64,000 nucleotides of DNA from a virus (taxonomy: Duplodnaviria > Caudoviricetes): positions 1 through 64,000 of the IMG/VR virus record IMGVR_UViG_3300020050_006168; one strand, written 5' to 3'. Below the pieces are notes generated by a model. It saw nothing but the letters and a program-made list of their open reading frames with translations. It was not told the DNA's origin and did no database searches. The translations under genes were made by a program, and so were the position numbers. Shown here in pieces: positions 10,478 through 19,401 of this stretch; within the stretch, counting starts at the first letter, position 1, and each line of letters starts with the position of its first letter.

Positions 10478-10755
10478 TAGAAGAACCTTTTAAGTTCTTT
10501 TGCCATTTCATCTGGTCTAGTTGCATTTTTTACCATAATACCAGACATTTGATTCTTAATAGATTGAAGATCTTTAATGAATTCTTCACTAACATCAGGT
10601 TGTTTTTGAGAATCTTGATACATTTTGTATCCAACCATAGCACTAAATGTCATAATTGCTACCGGTAAAGCCACACTAGGCGATACAAACGGTGCAGCCA
10701 GAGATAAGACAACAAGCATCACTACCCGGTAATCCAGGTTTTTTAATTTTTCCAT
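10477..10755 (-). CDS. hypothetical membrane protein
   Basis: N-terminal hydrophobic hairpin; first gene of the late operon. Confidence 0.5.
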   Translation of the reverse strand: MEKLKNLDYRVVMLVVLSLAAPFVSPSVALPVAIMTFSAMVGYKMYQDSQKQPDVSEEFIKDLQSIKNQMSGIMVKNATRPDEMAKELKRFF

Positions 10756-10887
10756 GAAACGCCCTTCTTTTTGTATGAATTATTCTTGCGTTTTGCCACT
10801 ATATCGACTATATTAGTCATTCCTTATATAAAGGAGTTGGCGTTTATTGCGTAAACAAATCCATATACTATATGTTATTATTAAAGC

Positions 10888-10916
10888 TTGACAAGTTATT
10901 AATTATTTGATATACA
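10888..10916 (+). promoter_or_regulatory. sigma70-type promoter
   Basis: TTGACA-17 bp-TATACA with extended -10 TG; 45 bp before the ClpP-like ATG (RBS GAGG). Confidence 0.65.
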
Positions 10917-10961
10917 TAAAGACTAGGGACAATTACGTCCCCAAAATTATGCGAGGTTTTA

Positions 10962-11819
10962 ATGAAATTGTTACTTTTAGCCGCACTACTAGTTGGTTCA
11001 ATTGCTAGTGCCCAAGAAACCACGGTGGTGTTAAGTAAAAGCAACACTATCGTTATGAATAAAGTATTTGATACTGACACTGTTGCTACCGTAGCACAGA
11101 AAGCTTTGGAGTTAAATCAATCACTACCAGCAGGACAACCAATCAATCTAATCCTAGATTCACCAGGTGGAAGTATCTTTGCTGGAATTGAGCTTATTCA
11201 AAACTTAAATTCATTAGGTCGTAGAGTAAATACTATTAGTACCTTTGCTGCAAGTATGGGATTTCAAACCGTACAAGGCGTAAACGGTACACGATACTTA
11301 ACTAATAGTGGTACACTCATGTCACATAAAGCTAAAGGCGGATTCTCTGGAGAATTTCCTGGCCAACTTGATTCAAGATATCAATACGTCCTTGGTGTTG
11401 TTACTGATTTAAATAAAGTTGCAGTAGGTAGAACTAAAGGTAAACAAACTTTATCTAGCTATGATGCTTTAATCGAGAATGAGTACTGGTGCACAGGCCA
11501 ACGTTGCGTAGATGCGGGCTTTGCTGATGCCGTAGCTGCAGTTCGTTGTGATAAATCTATGTCTGGTTCACATGAAGAAACAATTGAAGTGGGTTCATTT
11601 TTTGGTATGAATTTGACAGCAGAAGTGGTACTATCTGATTGTCCTATGATTACAGGACCTTTAGCCGTTAAGATTAAAGTTGATGGTAAAGCGGTAAACT
11701 CAGTAATTAATAAACTAAATAGAGATCAAAAAGAAAAGATCTCAGAAATTCGTAAAGTGCTTACTGATAAGTTTTTATTAAAAGAACGTGGCGTAGTTAA
11801 ATATACAGAATTGAAATAA
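10962..11819 (+). CDS. ClpP/crotonase-fold serine protease with signal peptide
   Basis: 'LILDSPGGSI', catalytic Ser in 'AASMG', His in 'LMSH'; N-terminal 'MKLLLLAALLVGSIASA-QE' looks like a Sec signal peptide. Confidence 0.75.
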   Translation: MKLLLLAALLVGSIASAQETTVVLSKSNTIVMNKVFDTDTVATVAQKALELNQSLPAGQPINLILDSPGGSIFAGIELIQNLNSLGRRVNTISTFAASMGFQTVQGVNGTRYLTNSGTLMSHKAKGGFSGEFPGQLDSRYQYVLGVVTDLNKVAVGRTKGKQTLSSYDALIENEYWCTGQRCVDAGFADAVAAVRCDKSMSGSHEETIEVGSFFGMNLTAEVVLSDCPMITGPLAVKIKVDGKAVNSVINKLNRDQKEKISEIRKVLTDKFLLKERGVVKYTELK

Positions 11820-12835
11820 TGAAATTAATATTGTCCTTTATTCTTTTAATGTTTAGTAGTAGTGTTAGCTTAGCAGCATACAATACTAATCAAGAAGCTG
11901 AGCAAGATGCAACAAAAGCAATTGCTCAAGCTTTCTACAAACAGTCGGGAATAGAGGATAATGTGACGAATAAAGTAAAAGACACTATCCCAAAAAAATA
12001 CGAAGCAACAATAGCTAATGTTACTACAATAATCAGTACATTAGTAAGTCAGAAAGTTGAATTGAGATGGACGTTTTAATAAAAGCAAAAATGATGTTAG
12101 ATTCTTTAAAAGAAACTGACAAAAAACTTAAACACATTCAAGATCAGATTGATTTAAAACCGACGGATTTTGATAAAATTGAATATTTATTTGGACAAGA
12201 ATTTAATACAGCACTTCAGATGTCATCCACATTCGAAGCTCTTATGTTAGTATTAGATAATTTAGATGAAGATCACACTAGCGTTGTTAAGATGAAACAA
12301 CAAGCTAAAGGAATTATTGGAGGATATTATGATGTTAAATGAAGTATTACCAAAACTAGATCGAATGTTTAAATCTAGATACGGTAAACAATTTGCGGAT
12401 TTAAATAAAAACGTATACCCTACTGCAAAAAATGATAAAGGTAATTACGAAGTTCCCGTTGTTATTGTTGGATCTAATGGTGGAACTTTAATTAAAGGTA
12501 CTCCTGATGCGACACAATTAAATCCACCAGCACAAGTATCACTTCAGTTTCGTAATATGAAACCACAGACTCTTATTTATAGACTATCTATTCCATATAG
12601 TGAATGTGAAATTGCTGCAAATAAACCAGAATATTTTAATTATTTATTTGATGAGATTGTTTCAAAAGCCTTAAACAATTATAAAGTAACAGTTGGTGAT
12701 GAGAATAAAGCTAGATTTGGTGAGAGCTATTGTACTTATGATTCCCCAAGTGGAATCTTTAGACAATTAGAAGATACATCACTAGAGTTAAGATTAATGG
12801 GTTCATGGGCGTCAGGAGACGAAGCGTATGACTAA
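11819..12835 (+). other. three coupled hypothetical CDS (11819-12079 with signal peptide, 12067-12342, ~12330-12835)
   Basis: Overlapping start/stop codons, consistent with the ORF track; no family recognised. Confidence 0.6.
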
Positions 12836-13166
12836 GGATACAAAAAAAGATGCTGGTGGTAAAAAATATGATTCTCAAAAAGTTCCTATGGATTTAATTC
12901 CATACGAATCACTGGAAGAAATAGCAAAAGTATTGGCCGCTGGCGAAGTAAAGTACGGAACTGCAAATTGGACTGAGGGAATTGAAATACGTAGATTAAT
13001 TTCTGCAGCTATGAGACATTTAGGACAGTTTAATTCAGGAGAAGATTACGACGAGGAAACAAAAACTTTACACCTTGCAAACAGTGCTACTAATCTGCTT
13101 TTTGCTATATGGATGTATAAAAAGCGCCCTGACCTAGACAACAGATGGTCAAAAAAAACTATATGA
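12828..13166 (+). CDS. dATP/dGTP diphosphohydrolase (DUF5664-like)
   Basis: 'GGKKYDSQKVPMDLIP...VLAAGEVKYGTANW...AAMRHL...HLANSATNLLF'. Confidence 0.8.
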   Translation: MTKDTKKDAGGKKYDSQKVPMDLIPYESLEEIAKVLAAGEVKYGTANWTEGIEIRRLISAAMRHLGQFNSGEDYDEETKTLHLANSATNLLFAIWMYKKRPDLDNRWSKKTI

Positions 13167-13726
13167 TAGGTCAAAAATTTAACAAGATAACAGTCATAGA
13201 TAATTACCCAAGCTATAAATGGGTATCTAAAAAAACAGGAAAAATCACCAGTAAAAAAAGATATCTATGTTTATGTGACTGTGGTGACCAAGTTATTATA
13301 GCTGGAAATCATCTAAGGCAAAATAAAAGAATTTCATGTAAATCCTGTGCGTATGCTAATCGCAAACAGTCAGTAAGGAGACTATCTGCAGAAGAAAGAT
13401 GGTTTAGATTACATATTAAACAAAGAGAAAAACAAGGAATTAAAGTTGAGATAGATTCAAAACAGGCAGTTAATATTGCAAAAGATTCTTGTTATTATTG
13501 TGGAAATTTACCAAAAGAAGAAAAAATTTATAAAGGTAAATTCTCTAAAAAACAAAGCGTTTTTTTAAATGGATTAGATCGAATAAACTCTGACAAATCT
13601 TACACATTAGATAATATTGTATCATGCTGTTCAACTTGTAATTTTATGAAAAATACACAAACGCTAGACATCTTTTTATCTAAAATAAAACAAATATACA
13701 ATAAACACATAAAAAATAATTGTTGA
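13145..13726 (+). CDS. free-standing HNH homing endonuclease
   Basis: N-terminal 'GQKFNKITVI...YLCLCDCG', then 'CYYCG...GLDRINSDKSYTLDNIVSCCSTCNFMK'. Confidence 0.8.
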   Translation: MVKKNYMIGQKFNKITVIDNYPSYKWVSKKTGKITSKKRYLCLCDCGDQVIIAGNHLRQNKRISCKSCAYANRKQSVRRLSAEERWFRLHIKQREKQGIKVEIDSKQAVNIAKDSCYYCGNLPKEEKIYKGKFSKKQSVFLNGLDRINSDKSYTLDNIVSCCSTCNFMKNTQTLDIFLSKIKQIYNKHIKNNC

Positions 13727-13755
13727 AATAACTGACCTAGCTGAAAAGGAAAAAC

Positions 13756-14112
13756 ATGCAAATAAATAATAATGATTTTATTGTTGCTTATGATATTGAC
13801 GGAACTATGATTACATTACCTAAAGATAGTGATAGTACTGAATCAATAATGGCAATAACAGATCCATATACCGGTACTGTAAAACTTAGAGTTGCTTATT
13901 TACCACATATTGAACTTATGAAAAAACATAAGGAACAAGGGTATTTTATTAAAGTTTGGTCAAACGGGGGGTCTTTATGGGCAAAAACGGTAATTGAAAG
14001 ATTAAACTTAACACACATTGTTGATAGTATTGAAGCAAAACCTACTAAATATGTTGATGACTTAGATGTTAAAGAATGGTTAGGAACACCTATCTTTGTT
14101 AAAGAGGATTAA
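13756..14112 (+). CDS. minimal HAD-superfamily phosphatase
   Basis: Motif I 'AYDIDGT', motif II 'VWSNGG', acidic motif IV 'YVDD'. Confidence 0.65.
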   Translation: MQINNNDFIVAYDIDGTMITLPKDSDSTESIMAITDPYTGTVKLRVAYLPHIELMKKHKEQGYFIKVWSNGGSLWAKTVIERLNLTHIVDSIEAKPTKYVDDLDVKEWLGTPIFVKED

Positions 14113-14793
14113 TGAAATACGAAATTAAAGATCTGCAGAAGGCACTAGCCTTAGCTAAAGACATAACCGAGGTAGACTTAAGCTTTGATCCTAAAGATCG
14201 CCTTGTAATAGCCTTTACGGACCCAATAGGCGAGATTCCTACAGAAGTTACCATATATCCTATTAGAAATGAGTCTCCTTCTAAGTTTGCTGAAGTAAAA
14301 ACAATAAAAAGGCTTTGACAAATCACTATACTTTTGATATATTGTCTTTAGGAGGACTTATGTTTAAAAGTACCTTAATGATTCTAATGCTAACGTCAAC
14401 GGTAATTGCTCGTGCTCATACTACCTATGTGGATTTTATTACTGTCAATGGACAATCAGTAGTTCAAATTGAAAAAGCTGATAGATTATATCAAGTAGTA
14501 ATTCCTAAAGAAGATCTAGCTAATAAACTACCTAGTGATATTGTGAAGGATATATGTCAACGCACCAAATTATGCCAGTCCAAATAAGATCATATTACGC
14601 ACCCTCTTATATTAGAGGTATGGCTGTTTATGTTCATAAAGTTAGCAGAAGAGACAAAGATAAATTTGTCATGAATGTGGATTGGTACCGAAAAGACGAT
14701 GTAACAAATAAATTTATTAGTATGGATTTAAATCAAGATATTGTTATTGATCCAAAAACATTTGGAACAGAATGGAAAAAACTTGACATATAA
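14112..14793 (+). other. three small hypothetical CDS (14112-14318, ~14315-14587 with signal peptide, 14554-14793)
   Basis: Coupled ORFs; no family recognised. Confidence 0.5.
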
Positions 14794-15130
14794 ATTATGG
14801 GTTTACGGAACTCTTAAGAGCGGACATAGAAATCATGACTTACTTGATAATAGCACGTATTTAGGTGAATATCATGCACCTAAGGGATATAAATTAGTGG
14901 TCAGTGGGTTACCCTATCTACTAGAAGATCACGAGGGTGAGGGTGCTTATGGTGAGTTGTATGAAGTTAAACCTAGAACTCTTATTGAATGTGATAAATT
15001 CGAGGCACACCCTGAGTGGTACAAACGAACTCTTATTACAGTAATTAATGTTGAAACTAAAATGAAAGAAAAGGCGTATGCTTACATTTACCAAGGAAAA
15101 GTCGATGGAACTGTCACACGAAGATATTAG
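14741..15130 (+). CDS. gamma-glutamylcyclotransferase (AIG2/GGCT family); true start probably near 14783
   Basis: 'LWVYGTLKSG..NH', 'GELYEV', 'CDKFEAHPEWYKR', 'AYAYIY'. Confidence 0.8.
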   Translation: MLLIQKHLEQNGKNLTYKLWVYGTLKSGHRNHDLLDNSTYLGEYHAPKGYKLVVSGLPYLLEDHEGEGAYGELYEVKPRTLIECDKFEAHPEWYKRTLITVINVETKMKEKAYAYIYQGKVDGTVTRRY

Positions 15131-15914
15131 TGCTTATGTTCAATATGTAGATAACTTTGGGATGATTGCTCAAAGTAAAGAAAGTGGAGCCGATGGTGGA
15201 GATAGCGCCCACCGCTTTGGATTAATTATTGTATGTCTTAAATTACTTGGGTATAAAACATGGATTGATGGTACACCACTAGATGAGTATTATCGAAAAG
15301 CAATGTTTGAATATGAAGTAAGTAAAGATGTATATACAAGACATCCTGACAAAACAAAATGGTATAGCAATCCTTTAAATATGAGTAGAGATCAGTTATC
15401 TAGATTGATTCAAGCTATGATTGTTATGCATGATACAGATAGAATTAAAGGCGTTGCTAGTAAAATGCTAGCAAGATATGGATTTAATCAAAATATTTAT
15501 CCAAATCATGCAAGTCCAGGAGATGCTACATATAAAAAGAAAGTGGCTGATATCATTACACCGGGGCAATTGAGAGATATCATTAGTGGTGTTACAAATA
15601 ATTGGTTTGATAATTATATTTTAATGCCAGCTTTAGATCTATTTAAATTTGCCGATGTTTATTTTGCTAAAAAAGATGATGACAGGGCTAAACGTAAAGG
15701 TAAACGAACTGACTATTATGTAATGTTAGTTACTGATATTGCTGTAGCCAGAGCAACCAGAGATAATTTTGTACTAAGACTAGTGGCTAAAGCATTAGCT
15801 AAATCTGATTATAAGTCTAGCATTACTTGGATCTTTGAACCAAAGTGGTCAGATCCACCGATTGATAAACTATTATTAAAATTAGCAGAACGGTATATTG
15901 AAAATGTCGGTTAA
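15105..15914 (+). CDS. hypothetical helical protein
   Basis: Long ORF with enzyme-like motifs 'DGGDSAHR', 'YTRHP', 'NMSRDQ'; family not recognised. Confidence 0.55.
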   Translation: MELSHEDISAYVQYVDNFGMIAQSKESGADGGDSAHRFGLIIVCLKLLGYKTWIDGTPLDEYYRKAMFEYEVSKDVYTRHPDKTKWYSNPLNMSRDQLSRLIQAMIVMHDTDRIKGVASKMLARYGFNQNIYPNHASPGDATYKKKVADIITPGQLRDIISGVTNNWFDNYILMPALDLFKFADVYFAKKDDDRAKRKGKRTDYYVMLVTDIAVARATRDNFVLRLVAKALAKSDYKSSITWIFEPKWSDPPIDKLLLKLAERYIENVG

Positions 15915-16530
15915 GTTAATTCATTGTACTCCAGGCGCAGAGCAACTAATCGCATATTGCGCTAGGGTTAGCAGCAACAACCCCGACAATCCTGAATATG
16001 AAAAACTATTACGATATTTAATTAAACATAAACATTGGTCACCATTTGAAATGGCTAACATGTGTGTTGAGATTGAAACAACTAGGGGTATTAGTCCTCA
16101 AATCTTACGACATAGAAGCTTTTCATTTCAAGAATTTAGTTTGCGATACGCAGAAGCTACTGAATTTATTGAGTACGAAGCTCGTAATCAAGATGTAAAG
16201 AACCGACAGAATAGCCTAGATACAGTGAGTGATGAGGATAAAAAATGGTTTATGGATGCTCAAGAACTTATTAATATGGAAGCCAGGGATCTTTACAATG
16301 ATGCAATTAGACGTGGCATTGCAAAAGAATGTGCTAGAAATTTACTACCAATGAGCACAAAAACTAAGTTATACATGAATGGAAGTTTACGTTCTTGGTT
16401 ACATTACATTGATATTAGAACAGATATTGCTACACAAAAAGAGCATAGAGATATTGCATTGGCTTGTAAAGATATATTTACTGAACAATTTCCTATTATT
16501 TCAAAGGCTGCATGGAATGAAATCATTTAA
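15904..16530 (+). CDS. thyX: FAD-dependent thymidylate synthase
   Basis: 'HKHWSPFEM', signature '[17 protein letters not shown]', 'CARNLLP', 'QKEHR'. Confidence 0.95.
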   Translation: MSVKLIHCTPGAEQLIAYCARVSSNNPDNPEYEKLLRYLIKHKHWSPFEMANMCVEIETTRGISPQILRHRSFSFQEFSLRYAEATEFIEYEARNQDVKNRQNSLDTVSDEDKKWFMDAQELINMEARDLYNDAIRRGIAKECARNLLPMSTKTKLYMNGSLRSWLHYIDIRTDIATQKEHRDIALACKDIFTEQFPIISKAAWNEII

Positions 16531-17282
16531 AATATTTAAATATAAATTTTTAATAGAAATATCTTCTCCAAAATCTATTTGGTATCACAATATTAGAGAA
16601 ACTAATGATATACCTAATCAAAGAATGGATCACTTGTTTTCAATAAATAGAGTATATGCTAGAAAATATAAAAAATATATGTATACTATTTATATTGGAA
16701 GAGTTGCTATTTTATTTGCTAATACGGAGCAATAATGAAACGAAGTGAAATGATTAAATTTTTAGAAAATGAATTAGAATCACACGAAAATTATTCTAAT
16801 GGTTACTACGCTACAGTAAATGGTGGAGAACTTCTTTTAGCAAGACTTGAAGAATTAGGTATGTTACCACCATTAAATGATGGTCAAGCGTGTATTGTTA
16901 CTGAATGGGACAAAGAAGATGTCGAATAGGCAAGAAACAAATCAAGAACTAGTTGACATTCTTCAATACTTGGTAGAACTACAACCAGAGTTACGCTTTG
17001 GTCAAATCCTTTCTGTATATAATTTCATCCAAGATAATCCATTTTATGAAGAAGGAACCACTACATTAGATAGGGTTAAAGCTTCTTTAGAGAGATATCA
17101 TGGACTCGGGGACACCTAGTTTATGGGGAACCTGGGATTACTGGGAACCTGAACCAAAAAAAGACTTGACAAAGAAATGCTCATGTGAGTGCGGAACTAT
17201 TATAACATATGGTAAAGAGGTCCCAGAAGAATTTCACTCAGATTGGTGCCCAATTAAAAAGAAATTAAATGAAGACGTGTAG
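16517..17282 (+). other. four small hypothetical CDS
   Basis: Coupled ORFs ending at 16735, 16929, 17119 and 17282. Confidence 0.5.
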
Positions 17283-17874
17283 TAAATGTAGAATACATAA
17301 AGAGTTATATGAATTCGGAAAAGATTCACCAAGAAAAGACGGTCTTTCATATATGTGTAAACCGTGTAAGAATGAGTTCTCTAGTAAATGGAGAAAAAAT
17401 AATTCAGAAAAAGCGTCAAAAAGTGGTAAAAAATATCAAAAAAAGAATAGAAAATATTTATCTAAATATAGACTTAATTTAAGAAAAAACAATCCAAAAT
17501 CAAGATTAATCGAATCTATCAGAAATAGAGTATTAAATGGGTTGAAGAGAAATAAAATAAAAAAATCTTATAAAACAGTTGATTACTTGGGTTGTTCGTT
17601 TGAATATTTAAAAAAACATCTAGAAGAACAATTTACTCCAGATATAAATTGGGATAATTTTGGTTCTTTTTGGCACATAGATCATATAGTCCCTTTATCA
17701 TTTTGTAATGATAATGACATAGAGTTTATGAAAATATTAACACATTACTCCAATTTAAGGCCTTTAAAAAAAGAAGAAAATTTTAAAAAAGGTAATAAAA
17801 TTGACTTGACACTAGCTAATAGTTATGGCATAATTATTCCCGAGGCTTATCTTAATACACTTAGTAAGGAATGA
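17269..17874 (+). CDS. free-standing HNH endonuclease with N-terminal Zn finger
   Basis: 'KTCSKC...CKPC'; 'WHIDHIVPLS...HYSNLRPL...N..K'. Confidence 0.8.
   Translation: MKTCSKCRIHKELYEFGKDSPRKDGLSYMCKPCKNEFSSKWRKNNSEKASKSGKKYQKKNRKYLSKYRLNLRKNNPKSRLIESIRNRVLNGLKRNKIKKSYKTVDYLGCSFEYLKKHLEEQFTPDINWDNFGSFWHIDHIVPLSFCNDNDIEFMKILTHYSNLRPLKKEENFKKGNKIDLTLANSYGIIIPEAYLNTLSKE
17806..17834 (+). promoter_or_regulatory. sigma70-type promoter
   Basis: TTGACA-17 bp-CATAAT with TG extension, inside the 3' end of the HNH gene. Confidence 0.6.
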
Positions 17875-19401
17875 TGATGATCAACGCAAAACAAGCTAAA
17901 GAGGGAACTAAGATAGAGCGTTACATGAAGGAACGTTGTATGGAGATTGAACAATCCATTCTTCTTAGCATGGATCTTGGTTTATCCTATACACGAATTA
18001 ACAGTTCTCTACCTAAATCAATTCAGGATATGCTTGTTGAACTTGGCTATACAATTCTAGAACAAGAAGCTTATGGCACTAAAATTTATATCATAACTTG
18101 GGCAGATGCTAAAGAGGTGATGAAATGCAATTAAAAGATATTGCTACTGGTGAACTATATACTATTATTGAAGGAAAGATCTTGACAAAAGAAGAAGTAT
18201 TGAAGTATGATACTACAGCATCGTTTATTACGGCGGTGTCTGGTGATGTTGAGATTGGTGTAGTATTCGGCTACACTAAAGACGGCGACCACAGCCCTAA
18301 CAATAAATTTGAGGTAGTAAGTGAGTAATGGTTTAACTAAGTGGGAAGTAGTAATTCCTTTTTTTAATTATGATGGGGCTGTTGTTCCTCCCGGTACAAT
18401 AGTTTATGCATTAAGTGGAGAACCAAATACAGTCGGTCAAATTGAAATTGTTTATAAGATTGATGGGTACATATATGCAGCAAGGCCTCGTATTGAATAT
18501 CTTAAATTACATGAAGAATATAAAACAAATTTTAAACGACCTAAAGGAGTTCTAAATGACAAACGAACAAGTAACCGTAGCAATCTCAACATTAAATGAT
18601 CCAGGTACAGCAATGCTTATTGCAACAAGCCTAGTAAAAACTGCAGATCCTAAACAAATCAATGACTTTCTTGTTGCTGTAATTAAACGATCAGCAGAAG
18701 GTCATCATCAGTCTAGGGAGATTGCAGGGGCGGCTTTGATCCTATTAAACGGATTAAGCGATGAGTAAGCGAACCGGAGCCATTTCTATTGTTATGTTCT
18801 TATTGCTTGCTGTAGGCTTTGATAAGAGCTATAAATATATGGCACAACAAGGTTGTGAAGTTGGTGTATTAGCTTCTGTAGCACAAATGCGACCAGATCT
18901 TTATATGAAACTTGATGACATGGGTGCTGTTGATAACTTCGTTAATACATATTGTAAAGATGTGTTGAGGTTTGAATAATGTTTTTTTTATTATTTGCGG
19001 TTGTGGTAGCTGCATCAGTGTTTCCACCACAGCCTCCTTGCAATAAAGATTGCAGTGTTATATTAATCCCAAAGGAGAACCAACATGGCCCTCTTGATCG
19101 AATCCCTTAAGATCGCAGCAATAACAACCTTATTCCTAGCTACCATGTTTGGGCTGGTAGTATTTCATATAGTTGCCACCATTTTTTCCTTTACATTGTA
19201 ATACGATTGTGTTAGATTGTATTTGTGAAAAATTACAAGAAACCTAAATTCATTTTAAAAGATACTAAAAATAATAAATTATTAGAAGCTAAAGTTAAAG
19301 AAAGTTTAACCATTAGATTAAATAGATTGCTTAATTTAATTACTATAGATGAACTTACTGTAGGCCAAGCTGAAACAATTTTAAGAAACGGGGACAACTG
19401 A
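17871..19401 (+). other. cluster of ~8 small hypothetical CDS, several hydrophobic
   Basis: ORF track plus short ORFs read by eye (starts ~18979, ~19085, ~19225), all coupled up to the lon ATG. Confidence 0.5.
18182..18211 (+). promoter_or_regulatory. possible sigma70-type promoter
   Basis: TTGACA-18 bp-TATGAT. Confidence 0.45.

Noticed and set aside
12828-13166. Z-genome (diaminopurine) pathway
   Set aside because: No PurZ/adenylosuccinate-synthetase-like gene in the window; cannot be claimed
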